64,000 nucleotides of DNA from Chlorokybus atmophyticus. Lineage: Eukaryota > Plantae > Mesostigma and Chlorokybus algae. Below the pieces are notes generated by a model, which did no database searches, had not been told where the DNA came from, and saw nothing but the letters and a program-made list of their open reading frames with translations. The stretch spans positions 226,537 through 290,536 of the forward strand of contig RHPI01003156.1 in the NCBI GenBank assembly GCA_009103225.1. The letters run 5' to 3'. This document shows positions 48,606-61,801 of this stretch, piece by piece (the first letter of the stretch is position 1; the number at the start of each line of letters is the position of its first letter). A program made the translations under genes and the position numbers.

Positions 48606-49189
48606 CGGTGTGTTGGTGTTTTCAGTGTGCAGACATGATTGGTTATTGTACATAACACTTGATTATAGTGTTTGAAGCTAGTACTATAAGTGTGTACTAT
48701 ATACAGCCGTATTGTCACATTGCGCTGAGGGTGCGGCCAATCAATGTGTATCACTGGGGCATGGAGCTCTACTGCCTCCAGACGCCACTGTCACATCCTG
48801 CGTGCTTTTCTCGCAATTTGTCTGACACACTGTTAAGTTCCACGTTGCCTGTTGATGCAGCACAAACACCGACGTCTTGCAGACTGTTGTCCGCCAGCCG
48901 GCATACACCCTGTGGGGTAATTGTGACAGCAACCATGATAGGACAGATTGCATGGTGTGCTTGCTGGTGCGTTGCTTGTTAAGTCTATGCTGAGTTGTGC
49001 TGCCTGCGGCTCCTGCATTGTCTCTTGCTTTGTTGGCCCCTCTACTCTGCCATATGATACTGATTTCATGGCTGTCGAGGGATGCTTACAATGCCTATTG
49101 AATGCCTACAAAACTGTATGCACAAGATAGTGCCGCTCTCGATTGATGCAGATGCAACTGCAAACTATGCAATGGTGCTGTGAACTTTG

Positions 49190-52100
49190 TCATAGAAGTT
49201 TAGCGCGTGCTTGTTCCAATACGGTCAACTCCTGTTGTAGTGACTGCAAGTAATCGGCTGGTTTTTCTTTGAATTTTGCATGTTCATCTGCCAACTTCTT
49301 CGCCTCTTTCTCTGCAGCTTTCCTCGCTTTTGAAGACAGCGGCTTGCCCTCAACATCAGTTGATGGCAAGCCGGCTTCATCATAATCTTTGTACAGGTTA
49401 GATGCCCTGAGAGCCTCATCGGGCGCAGCGGCAGCCTTGGACCATCTCGCAATGTCCTTAACCAGTATCTGTATCTTGTTCTCAATTTTCTTCAACTGCC
49501 GAAAGCAAGATATGAGTCCAAGGCATTCAATGCAATGGCCAGACAGTCACTAACAGTTACCTACACAGAGCGTACCTGAGCCTGTGCTGCTTGGCGGAGC
49601 TTGTCATCGCGCTCTTTCTTGAGCAGCGCAGGGTCTTCCAGTTTCCAGACAGAGGGGCTGTCTCCCCTGTCTTCCAGCTGGACACCCAGTTCAACCATTG
49701 TCTCATCCCTGACCCTATCGCATGCGGCAAGGATTGCTTGCTTGGGTGCATCCGCGCGAGCTGCAAGACGAACAGTATCTCGAAACGCAGCAAACGCATC
49801 TATGAATGGCGCCACGCTGGCCGCGGAGTGCTGTGCGCCTGCCTCATCATCTATGCCAAACACTTGCAGTATGCGCTTGACAAAGGCCACAACAGACCGA
49901 AGGAGGGGAATGCGAGCTGAGCCTTCGTTGCCTTAAAAACAGAACACATGAGTTCGAGTTTGACACCCCCAAAGGGTAAGAACCCAGTGTACTGCTCAAA
50001 GGGAACTCACCAGCAACATAGTTGTTGGTCTGCTTGACGATCTCAAACACAGCAGTCATGGCACCTGGTGTGTCAAAGTTGTCGCATAAGCGTGCGTGAA
50101 CTTCTTCCTGTGCTGCTGCCAGTGCCTTATGCAATGACTTCTCTGCATCCCTCCAACCCTGCATGCGATTACGATTTGTAGCTTGAAGGCAGTGGTCCTT
50201 ACACAATGGAGCGACTGAAATGAAATTTGACGTACCTGAGCAGCATGGACCTCTGACCCTACAGCCCGAATAGCCACGTCAACATTTTGAAAGAAATTCC
50301 TCAGATACTTGTCTTTGGATAACGCGTCCGCCATGAATGCAGGCCCATAGTTAATGGGCTTGTCCCAATAAGACAGCACAAACAGCAATCGTAGCTGCCT
50401 TGCTGTGTACTCCTGCATCACACATCCAACAATGTTAACACCTCATCCGACACTCCCATGAGCAGAGGTCAACAAGTAAACATGTGTAATGCACACCTGC
50501 AGAGCCTCTTTGATAGTGACAAAGTTCTTGAGGGACTTGGACATTTTGTGGCCCTCAATATGCAGATGACCAGCGTGCATGAAGTAGTCAATCCACTGAT
50601 TGCTGCCGTAATAGGCTTCTGCCTGAGCGAGCTCGTTGTCGTGATGCGGAAAGCGAAGGTCGATGCCTCCGCCATGCACATCAATGCGCTCTCCAACCAT
50701 TACAGACGCCATGGCACTGCACTCGATGTGCCATCCGGGCCGACCCTTGCCCCACGGAGAGTCCCATATGGGTTCACCCGGGCGTGAAGCCTTCCACAAT
50801 GCAAAGTCAGAGGGGTGCTTTTTGGCAGAGTTGGCAAAGTCCCTTTCACCTTCTTCCGCCAGCGCCACGGACCCAACAGCGTGCGGGCAAAGTTTGCCGT
50901 AGGTATGCCCATTGCGGCGGAAAGCAGTCGTGTCAAAGTACACACTGCCCTCGTGCTCATATGCTAAGCCCTTCTTCACAATCTGGGCTACATAGGAGAC
51001 AATCTCATCCATGTACTCGCTAACTCTGGACACCACTGTTGGAGGCTGCACTCCCAAGGCGGCCATGTCTGCAAAGAACTCCGCTTCAAACTTCATTGCA
51101 TGCGCCCGAAAGATAGCTGCATCCGTCAAACTGCTGCCTTCCCGCGCATCCAACACAGCTGCCAACGCATCCCCACCAATCTGTTGACATGATTACACAC
51201 ACAAGATGCTCTCAATGCTTGACTATAATGCCTGACTGCTGCAGCAGCACACTGTCAATGCAAGCACCTGAAGAAGAGCATCAGCATCACTAATATGACT
51301 TGTTGAGTTGCCATTCTCCAAGCGCCTGTCCTCCTCAGCTCGCTTCACTGCATCCTGTCACATGAGATTGAGATTTCTCATCATGACACAGCGTATGAGG
51401 TGTGATGTTTGCACCCACTTGCATGAAGACAGTCTAACAGCCTGGCTTGCAAGTCACGTCCACCTGCGACCATGTAAGCATATACCTGAAATTGTGACAG
51501 CTTGTATGTCTCCTGCATCACGGCCGTGTTTAAATCGTCTTGCTGGCGTACCGATGTTGCCGCAGCCAGTTCTTGAGCCCTGGCAGCTACAACGGCTTGC
51601 TGCTTGGCAGCTGCATCATTGAGCGCCTGCAGTACATCTTGCTTGACCTGCAATGTAGCCCCAAATGAGTAAGCACTACACGTACCAAGGATACTGCAAC
51701 ATGCACGGTCTCAATCTTTCAGCACAGCACGCCCTCCCCCCCCTCCCCCCCCTCCCCCCACGCACACACAAAGAAAAGAAAACAGAAACAGGGAAAACAA
51801 CAAGGAAAACAAAGCAAGCTACTCTGTACAGCGTGCATGCACTGAAGCAACTTACCTGGGAGTACGGCAGATTCTTTTGGCGATATGCATCGAGCAGGTG
51901 GTTTCTGCGGGCTCTAATAATTATTTTGTCATCAATGTCCGTGACATTCATAACATAGAATATGTCATAACCGAAGTAATCCTGCAAGACCGCATGACAC
52001 CACACTGAGCACAACACGCAATCACGCCAGTGGAAGTGACAGCATGGATTGAGGTGCTTACACTCACCTCCATAATACGGCGTACAATGTCAAATGTGAG

Positions 52101-52955
52101 GTAAGTTCTAGCATGGCCAACATGTGACGAGTCGTATACTGTGGGCCCACAGATGTACCAAGTAACTGCACAGAATTAATATCAGCTGACGACAATAATT
52201 GGTATGCAGTCCCACCAGCTTCATTGCGAGCCACCACCTAAGCGACAACATGCAAGTATACCAACAAAAAGTGGACTAGCGCGGTGAGAGGGGAGGGGGA
52301 GGCATGTCAGCACACAACCATGTCGAGAAGACAATGCAAGACACTAAGCGCGTATGTATGCTGAGGTCATCAAGACGAGCACAATGCCAGTTTAAATGAC
52401 CCACTCTTGCAGTTGTTGATAGTAGCCAGAGGTGCACTGGCCATGCACGAGCAATCACACTGCAATGCAAGACACTAAGCGCGTATGTATGCTGAGGTCA
52501 TCAAGACGAGCACAATGCCAGTTTTAGTGACCCACTCTTGCAGTTGTTGATAGTAGCCATAGGTGCATTGGCCATGCACGAGCAATCACACTGAAAATCA
52601 AGTGCTTTGCACTGCTCAGGGCTGACAACCCTCAAGGAACTGGGAACCCAACACGGGCATTGCCTTCGACATTGCTTTGCACTGCTCACCGTGTTTGCCT
52701 TTACTGGCGGGGATAAAAGGGACCGGCGGACCGTCAACCAAGCTGTTGTGCACGCGCAAGCCAGTAGACCAACGCAGGCCTTCGTCGCTGGGAGGCGTCC
52801 ACCGACTCTGCAGAAGCATTCTGCCAAGTCAAGCCAAGAACACCTCTCCAGCAACCCAGCCATCACACTGCACGAATGAACGCAATGAACAACTCTGCCG
52901 TTCAATCTGCATGCCTCACCGCAGATTCACACGGAGAGGCATTTTCCCCGTCCAT
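49190..52955 (-). CDS. CARS: Cytosolic cysteinyl-tRNA synthetase (multi-exon)
   Basis: [29 protein letters not shown] (HIGH), [60 protein letters not shown] and DNFDTP, plus the C-terminal anticodon-binding region. Confidence 0.97.
52332..52593. repeat. Two-copy 131-bp tandem repeat in a CARS intron
   Basis: CAATGCAAGACACTAAGCGCGTATG... starts at 52332 and again at 52463, with few mismatches. Confidence 0.9.
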
Positions 52956-53073
52956 GACGATGCAGCTTGACCCAACCTCGTAGACGGCAAGGCAGACGAC
53001 CCCCTTCACCCCGCGGCCGCCAACGACGGCACCGCCGTCGCCGCTGTCGCCGACGCGGCGCACTTGCCCACTT

Positions 53074-53082
53074 TTAGGGTTT
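53074..53082 (-). promoter_or_regulatory. Telo-box in the CARS/SF3B3 divergent promoter
   Basis: TTAGGGTTT (reverse complement AAACCCTAA) between ATGs at 52955(-) and 53451(+). Confidence 0.6.
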
Positions 53083-53450
53083 CGTAACAAACGAGCAGGC
53101 TATGGATATCGTTTCTCAAAGCTTAACGAACACCAATATCAGCAACAGTGCAGATATCTGCTTCAGCAGCCCGCTCTGCTTTGCTCTGTGCATGCCAGCG
53201 GCGGCGGCGGCGGCGGTGTTGGTGTGCTGCTTGCCGAGTGTTCTGGCGTCCTGTCTGGTGGTCTTAGGGAGATACAAAGCCTACGAGATGACTTGCTGGC
53301 CTGGTCACAACCGGCTGCTGTGCGTAGTTTAAGCTTAAGAAAGATTAGGTTTACGTTCAGTGACAAAGTGTGGGTTCGTTTGGAAGGCTTTGCCTAAGGC
53401 AAGAGGTTTGCTGGAGACTTGCTCAAGACGGGTATTGAAGGCTTGTCAGC

Positions 53451-56400
53451 ATGTATCTTTACGCCTTGACGCTGCAGCGTGCAACCGCAATCACCAGCGC
53501 CATAGTTGGGAACTTCAGCGGTTCCCGCCAGCAGGTGCGTGCTGTCGTTGATGGCTGCTTGCTATACGTCCTGCATGCTTACCCTGTGGTTTGTTCTTCT
53601 TCCTGTCTGATGCACATAATACTGAAGAACAACAGCCAGTTGCTTGTACAGTAGCATGTCCAATTCTGTTCGGGGGAATTATCAAAATCATCGAACAAGT
53701 TGTGCCAGAACGTATGTTTGTCACGTTAACAGCAAACAAGCATGCATTTGTGCATGCGTCTCTGCGTAATGCAAACAAGCACGAGCGGATGAAGGTTAGT
53801 TTTCTGTCGTAGGCAGAGGAGGAGGCTGTTGTTGCAATAAACACGCTTGGTTCGCATAATCAACTCTGTGTGACTACCAGCGCATGATTAACAAACAGAT
53901 CAACGTGTATGTTCGCGAGTAAGTTACAATACAAGCAAGAGCTTAATGAGGGTCAAGCAAGAGTTCATGCGAGTTGGTGCTGGACCTTCCATCGTGCAGA
54001 TCTCAGCTGTAGTATGTTCAGTGTGAGGGGAACATATCGTCAACTTGCAAATACTGCATAACAGTGGTCGGAGGGCTTCACTCTACAGTTGGCTTTTGCT
54101 CTCGCGCAGTGAAGCACATGCACATATTGCAGCCAGTGCGTTCTTGAAGCACCGTTGTCCTAGTTGCGTGTGAACTGTGTGTCAATGTTTATTCAATGTA
54201 TGAGTCTATGCTCCGGCAGTCTGGCGGTTTCATCACCATGTATTCTCTTCTTGACTCAGTCACCCCTGTGCAGGAGGTGCTGGTTGCGCGCGGTAAAGTG
54301 CTGGAGCTCCTGCGTCCCGATGAGGCGCATGGCAAGATTGTGCCTGTCTTGTCCGTAGATTGCTTTGGTGTCATCAGGTCGATAGTTCCCTTCCGGTTTA
54401 CAGGTAAAGAATCCTAACAAGTCAGCTCGAACATTGCATGCATTGGTAGGCGGCTCATGTGTCAGGCTTGCACCATGTCACCAACTGTCAGTGACTGTGT
54501 ATGTGTCATGAGTGGACACATGCACAGTCACTAGCAAGACAAGTTGTGCTAGCAAGTGGAGACTTGCTAGCACAACGTGGGTTGCTTTTCACTAGCTTCG
54601 ATTGTAAGTTGTGTAGGGTCCAAGCGACATGCTAGGTGGGTGATGGTTTGTTCACTCCTTTGTGTTGCTTGCAGGTTCAAGTAAAGACTACATAATGATA
54701 GGCTCTGACAGCGGGCGTATAGTTATTCTTGAGTATAACCCAACCAAAAACTCTTTTGAGAAGATCCATCAGGAGACCTATGGCAAGTCCGGATGCCGCC
54801 GGATAGTCCCTGGCCAGGTGGGCTTCTTGGTGTTTGAGTAGCACGGGCTCTTGTACACTTTGTTTACATTGACACTGCTTGCAGTACCTGGGTGTCGACT
54901 CCAAAGGGCGTGCGGCAATGATTGGAGCAGTTGAAAAACAGAAGTTTGTTTATGTCCTGAACAGGGATACGTCCGCACGCTTGACCATATCATCTCCTCT
55001 TGAGGTGCGTCAAGTACCGGTAGTGAGGATTTTTTCTCATCTTTGGTTGTGCTGATGGGGGCTTGGGCGTGCAGGCTCACAAATCCCACAACATTGTTTT
55101 TGACATAAGTGGCCTTGACGTGGGATTTGACAACCCTGTGTTTGCTGCGATTGAGTTGGACTACTCAGAAGCCGATCAGGTGAGTGGCGAGCTTATGTCG
55201 CACGCTCAGTGTGAGATTTGGTGGACTTGCTGCGGCTTACAAGAGTGATTGTAAGGCAGCTGCATGCTCGTCATGTGTTGGGTGCCAATGCATGTGTTTG
55301 TTCAGGACTCTACTGGTGAGGCCGCCAGCGAGGCGCAGAAGCATCTTACTTACTATGAACTAGATTTGGGACTCAACCATGTTGTTCGCAAGGTATGGTG
55401 TACAACTGTGTGTGCTCAGGGAGTAGTCTGCTGCTTTCTGTGCTTAACTTTATGGCCTGTTGTCTTCAGTGGTCTGAGCCGGTGGACAATGGTGCGAATG
55501 CCATTGTGCCTGTTCCTGGAGGTGGTGATGGTCCGAGCGGCGTGCTGGTGCTTGCGGAGAACTTTGTCATCTACAAGCACCAGGCATGCATGCATTTTTT
55601 GCTCACCACTTCAGTTGCTATACATGTATAGCACTTCATGATACAACTTGCGTGCAGGGGCATCCTGATGTCCGGGCTGTCATTCCACGAAGAACAGACC
55701 TTCCCGCCGATCGTGGTGTCCTGCTTGTAGCCAGCGCGGGCTTCAGGCAGAAAGCCAAGTTCTTCTTCCTTGTGCAGTCAGAGTACGGTGACATCTACAA
55801 GGCAAGGGCAAGCGTGTTGCTTAGTATATTGATGCTGTTTTGTACAACCGTTGCACAAGCAGTGACACTGTGTCTGGCAGGTCACCATGAATGTGGATGA
55901 CAAAAAGGAAAACGTGACTGAGTTGAAGATTAAATACTTCGACACCATACCAACTTGTACAGCCATGTGTGTTTTGAAGTCGGGTCTGCTGTTCACAGCT
56001 TCTGAGTTTGGCAACCATGCACTCTACCAGTTCCAGGTGTGTGTGCGTGCATTTGTGCAGAGTACGTGGCTGCACAGTTGGTGTTAGTCAGCTAGCAGAG
56101 GTTAGTGCTTGCATGGCATGGGCTTGCTGCACGGGTTTCAAAGCGCATGTTTGTATGCAGGGGCTGGGTGAAGACGAGAATGATGTTGAGTCGTCATCAG
56201 CAACGCTGATGGAAACAGAGGAAGGTTTCCAGCCAGTGTTCTTTCAGCCTCGCAAGCTCAAAAACCTCATCCTGGTTGATGAGCTAGAGAGCTTGTCACC
56301 AGTTCTAGACATGAAGGTGTGGTTGCATTTCCTATCTTGTTTCATGGTACTTTATTGTGTCTCTTGTGTATCTGAAACAGATAGGGGCTTGCAGGTGACC

Positions 56401-59400
56401 AATCTGTTTGATGAAGAGACGCCGCAGATTTTTGCTGTTTGTGGTCGCGGGTCGCGCTCAACACTGCGAATTTTGCGCCCTGGCTTGGCAGTACAGGAGA
56501 TGGCTGTGTCCCAACTGCCAGGTAAGCAGTTTGTTGGTAGAACAGCAACATTGCGAGGTGGCAGTTGACGCGTGTGAGAGATGCATGCCTGTTTACATGC
56601 ACATGTGCGTTCCTGTTCATACGCGGTTGTGCGTTTGTGGCACAATGTCTACGCGTGCGCAAATGCACCTACTTATAGCGGAACTGCTGTCATGAGCCCA
56701 CACATAGCGCATGCACTGACATGAAGCTTACATGTCCTATCACCATGACTGCATTGCCTCACATACGTTGGTTGCAGGCAACCCCAACGCGGTGTGGACA
56801 GTTAAGCGCAGCAATAAGGATGACTTTGATGCGTACATTGTGGTGTCTTTTGTAAACGCTACCCTTGTGCTCTCCATCGGTGAAACCATTGAGGAGGTCA
56901 GCAGTGCATGTCTGCAAGGCGGGTTAGAAGCAGAGGTAGATGGCCTTTAACATTGTCGTGGTTGCAGGTCAGCGACAGTGGCTTCCTAGGAACTACACCA
57001 TCATTGTCAATCTCGTTGCTGGGTGATGATTCCCTTATGCAGGTATGGTTGGACATACAAGTTGATGTTGAGAGATGCTCTACCAGAGTTCGTGTCAAGG
57101 TAGTTGCATCGGGCAAGTTGTTGTTCCACAACTGACCTGTACTTGCTTGCAGGTGTACCCAACTGGCATTAGGCATATTCGGCCAGATCGGCGCATCAAT
57201 GAGTGGAAAGCCCCGGGCAAGCGAACGATACAGCGAGTTGCTAGCAATGCCTGGCAGGTTGTGATCGCATTGACCGGCGGCGATCTCGTCTACTTCGAGC
57301 TAGATGTTACCGGACAGCTGATGGAGGTTGAGAAGAAGGAGATGGGTGTTGACGTGGCGTGCCTCGACATGGCGCCGACTCCCGAAGGTCGTCAACGGAC
57401 GCGGTTTCTTGCCGTGGGCACCTACGACTCAACATTGCGCGTGCTGTCGCTGGACCCCGATGACACTCTATCAGGCCTTGCATTGCAGGCACTCCCCTCG
57501 CCAGCAGAGTCTTTGTTGATTTTGGACAACACCGACAGCAGCGGCGGCATCTTCCTCAACGCCGGCTTGCAGAATGGCGTGCTGCTGCGCACTGAGGTGG
57601 ACGGCATCACCGGGCAGCTCTCAGACACGAGGACTCGCTTCCTCGGCACCAAGCCCCCGAAGATTGTCCCGTGCATGGTGCATGGGCAGCGAGCCATGCT
57701 GTGCTTGTCGTCGCGCCCGTGGATCGGTTACACCTTCCAGGGCCGCTTCACCATGACGCCGTTGTCGTACGACACCCTCGAGCACGCGCACTCTTTCTCG
57801 TCAGATCAAGTTGCTGAAGGCATTGTTGCCGTGGCGAAGGATACCGTGCGTATCATCTCCGTCGAGCGCCTGGGGGAGATGTTCAACCAAACTTCGTACA
57901 AGCTGCGTTACACGCCGCGCAAGTTCATTGTCCACCCCGAACACAGGACTCTCATTATCATCGAGGGCGATCACGGCAGTCTCACCGCGGCTGAACGCCA
58001 GGCAGGTATTCAGTCCGCGAATGAAGCCAGCGGCATCAATGCGGCTTCGGCCAACGGCAACGGCGCAATGGCTGTGGATGGGGGAGAAGGCGGCGCTGAA
58101 GGCAAAGAGGTTTGCAAGCATGATCTTGAGAATGTGATTGCCATTGCAAGCTTGCAAGCTGAGCTCACACTTGATCATGCGTAGGAGCAAGAAGAGGGCA
58201 TGGCCGACGACCAGTTTGGTATGCCAAAGGCTGCAACAGGCAGATGGACCAGTTGCATACGAGTTATGGACCCGCGCACGGGTGAGACAACCAACCTGCT
58301 GGAGCTGGATGGAAACGAGCTTGCCACATCGCTATGCACAGTGCAGTTTCAAAACAGTCAAAACGATCTGGGGATGCTCTTGGCTGTAGGTAAATCTTGA
58401 ACTGTTTGAACTTGAATGCACATTGCAATGTGAGCTGCATTAGCGCGTTGACACTTTTTGGCTCATGGCAGGAACCGTGAAGGACCTGGGATTCTACCCA
58501 AGGAGTTCAAGCGGCGGATTCATTCACATCTACAAGTTTACCGACGAGGGTAGAGGACTAGAGTTGCTGCACAAAACACCTGTGGATGGTATCCCAGCTT
58601 CGCTTTGCCAATTCCAGGTAACTTCATTTGCAATACTTGTTTGATGACTACCACCACCGTCGCATCGTTTACCTGAATGTGCGTGACTGTTTAGGGCAAA
58701 CTGCTCGCCGGTGTTGGGAGCATATTGCGTATTTATGACCTTGGAAAGAAGAAGCTGCTGCGCAAGTGCGAAAACAAGGGCTTCCCGAACCTCATCACCC
58801 AGCTGCACGCCATGGGTGATCGCATATACGCTGGCGACGCTCAAGAGGGCTTCTTCTACGCCAAGTACAGGCGATCAGAGAACCAGATCTACGTGTTTGC
58901 TGACGAGGTGGTTCCGCGCTGGCTCTCGGGCTCGTTGTTAATGGACTACGACACCGTAGCGGGAGCAGATAAGTTTGGGAACGTATATGTCGCGAGGTTG
59001 CCGGCAGAGTTGTCGGAAGCCATTGAGGATGACCCCACGGGCGGGAGGCTGAAGTGGGAGCAGGGCCAGTTGAACGGCGCTCCACACAAGATAGAAGCCG
59101 CTATCGAGTATCACGTTGGTGAGACCATCTGTGCGCTGCAACGGGCCGCTCTCCAGCCCGGTGGCAATGAGGTCCTGCTCTATGGCACCATCCTGGGTGC
59201 ACTCGGTGTGCTCATGCCTTTCACCAGCCGCGAGGACGTGGACTTCTTTCACCACCTTGAGATGCACATGCGGCAGGAGAACCCCCCGCTCGCCGGCCGC
59301 GACCACATCGGCTTCAGGTCCGCGTACTTCCCCGTAAAAGACACCATCGATGGCGACTTCTGCGAGCAGTACGCCGCGCTGTCGCACGACCAGCAGAAGC

Positions 59401-59477
59401 GCATCGCCGACGAGCTCGACCGCACCCCGGGAGAGGTGTTGAAAAAGCTCGAGGACATCCGCAACCGTATTATGTGA
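53451..59477 (+). CDS. SF3B3: Splicing factor 3B subunit 3 (SAP130/Rse1), multi-exon
   Basis: [85 protein letters not shown], and C-terminal [22 protein letters not shown]. Confidence 0.98.
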
Positions 59478-60610
59478 TATGTTGTCGGTTTCTGCACATG
59501 TTGCCACAGTGGGTTTGGGTTCACTAAAGCACTGTCTCAGCTTGTGCAAGTGCAAAGATTACTTTACGTGCTGACCGTATGAGCAATGTGACATTTTGCA
59601 TGCACTCTAGAGTCGTTGGACTCATCATGGTGGTCTTGCTTGCGCGTGAGAGCTTCACATGCATGGCAGCTCGTAGTTGAACCACTGCTCTCAACTTGGA
59701 TCAATTGCATTATACATTGTCGTAGAGACTGTGGACTGGTTCCGGGTATAGGTATGGTCTTATAAGTGTTATTGGGTTATGTTGGTGCCATACATGCCGT
59801 GTTGGTCCCGGACATGTTGGGCGCTTCAGTCCGGCGGTGCGGGCCTTATCCATGTGCACGTGGATGTGTCTTGCGCAATTGTCTCCAGTTTGTGGCCAAT
59901 GGCTGGTGCGATGCTCATGGGCACTACGGCTGCTTGTGCATGTGGTTGCATTGTGAGGAGCATGTGTATACCGTTAGGTGGTTGGTAGGGAAACATGTCC
60001 CTCAGGCTGAAGTAAAACCGCAAGACAAGCACCCTACTACCAACGCACGGCACTCCGAACTACGCCCAGCAAAAGTGCCATTACAAATTGCTCTGGATGA
60101 CTTGCGTCTTCCACATAGCCAGCCCCCTTAGCTAGGGTAGTTGCTAGTTGCTGGTGCTTAGGTAATGTGATGTGCTGTGCGTGTGGTGTGGTGTGCTGCT
60201 GATGTCACTGGGGACCCCTCGGTTTTACCTAACGACCCACGCCGCGCAACACATTATTACACGCGCACAATCCACATACGACTCACTGGACACTGTCCAG
60301 TGGACAGCCTATATGCCATTGGATATATCACATACACTCACATGAAGTATGGATCATCTCGCACACACTCGGTCTCGCTCGAACCCACACTCCCTCCCTG
60401 TCCTCTCCCTCTCCCTCTCCCTCTCCCTCTCACCCTTCTCTTGAACAGCCTCCTGTCTGCCTCACACTGGAGAGAGTGCACACCCCAAACACCCTACCCT
60501 ATGATGACGCCGCATCCCTGATGCGACAGGCGCGGATGTTGACAAACAGGAGACTTTTGAATCCTTCCCGACATCAGTCACACATCAACGGGAGTGTAGT
60601 GGGGCGTGTG

Positions 60611-61801
60611 ATGGACGCTGAGCGGCCGCAGCGGCGGCGGGCGCTGGGGGCTGGGGCGGCGCCGCACCCTGACAAGAAGGCGTACGTCCCGCCCCAGACG
60701 CGTGCCAACTACACCGGCGCAGGATCGGACGACGACCTCGCGGACATACTCGCCTCCGCCGGACCATCGCGCACGGTCAGTGTGGGGGGGAATGGCTCAG
60801 CTGGCACAGCGGCTGGCGCAATGGTGCTACTTTGTGCTACATTGTTGATAAGCGAATGCAGTTGTAGTTCAAGTGTAACGCTGGCTAGGCCCGTCTGATT
60901 TCCTGCAATCAACCAGCCTTGATGGCATATGCAGCTACGTGCATAAACTGTAGGCATGCCTTGGTTTTCTAACATCGGTCGATGAATCTATACAGACCTG
61001 CATGGTGGCGTTGGCGTGTTGTTCTTGTTAAATCCTACTCACTTGCTTTTTGCTGCTGGGTTCTTAGCCAGTTCTATTTATTTTACTACTTGCTGCTAGG
61101 CGCATTGACCGTTGATTACCATGGTGGTGTTATGTTGGTGTTGATAATGCTCATGTCTGCTGATGGTCCTCTCTTGAATTTGCGTAGGTTGTTGTCGACT
61201 ATGGCGCTTCCTGGTAAGCTTTGTTACTGGCAGCAGCTGTCGCATGCATTGCATGTTGCATTGACATCCCTCACCAATAATACATATAAGGCATGGCGCT
61301 ATTGCCTGGTCAACGTCACACACGGATGAACGCTTGCATGCATGCTCCCACACAACAAGCACGCGTGTGCACTGGAATCAAGGCATGCACACAGGAACAA
61401 GCACGCGCATGCGCATGCTTGTGTGTGCACACGCGCGTGCAGAGAGGGAAGCATGCCGCAAGCATGGCACACATTTGAGCATAATAGGCATATGCACATG
61501 CTTCAAGCTCTCACTCAGCAGGCTTCAAACAACTCACACGTCATGCACCCACACACTCGTACGCGCACGCAGGTGCGATCACTGCAAGGGCATGATCCCC
61601 GCCTTCGTCCGTCTCAGCAGCCAATTCGTGGACACGCTGTTTGTTGTGGCTGACGTGGACCGCGTGCCGCGCACCTCCGCGGACATCCGCTTCACGCCCA
61701 CGTTCGCGTTCTACCGCAACGGACGCAAGGTCGACGAGATATACGGAAGCAACGTGCAGAGACTCAGAGACCACATATGGCTACACTCGCCAGCCACGTG
61801 A
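60611..61801 (+). CDS. Thioredoxin-like protein, plant TRX-like 3-3 type (exons 60611-60775, 61188-61213, 61573-61801; 139 aa)
   Basis: The spliced frame is intact (165+26+229 nt) and gives VVVDYGASWCDHCK, IRFTPTFAFYRNGRKVDEIYG and the C-terminus RLRDHIWLHS. Confidence 0.88.

Noticed and set aside
24641-51165. ORF-track entries labelled '+' such as 24641..25048, 29218..30015, 30504..30896, 32292..32489, 44375..45193 and 50443..51165
   Set aside because: Their translations match the reverse complement, so the strand labels are wrong. They were treated as minus-strand exons.
59766-60131. Cys-rich ORF between SF3B3 and the thioredoxin gene
   Set aside because: No recognisable motif, codon bias or splice context.
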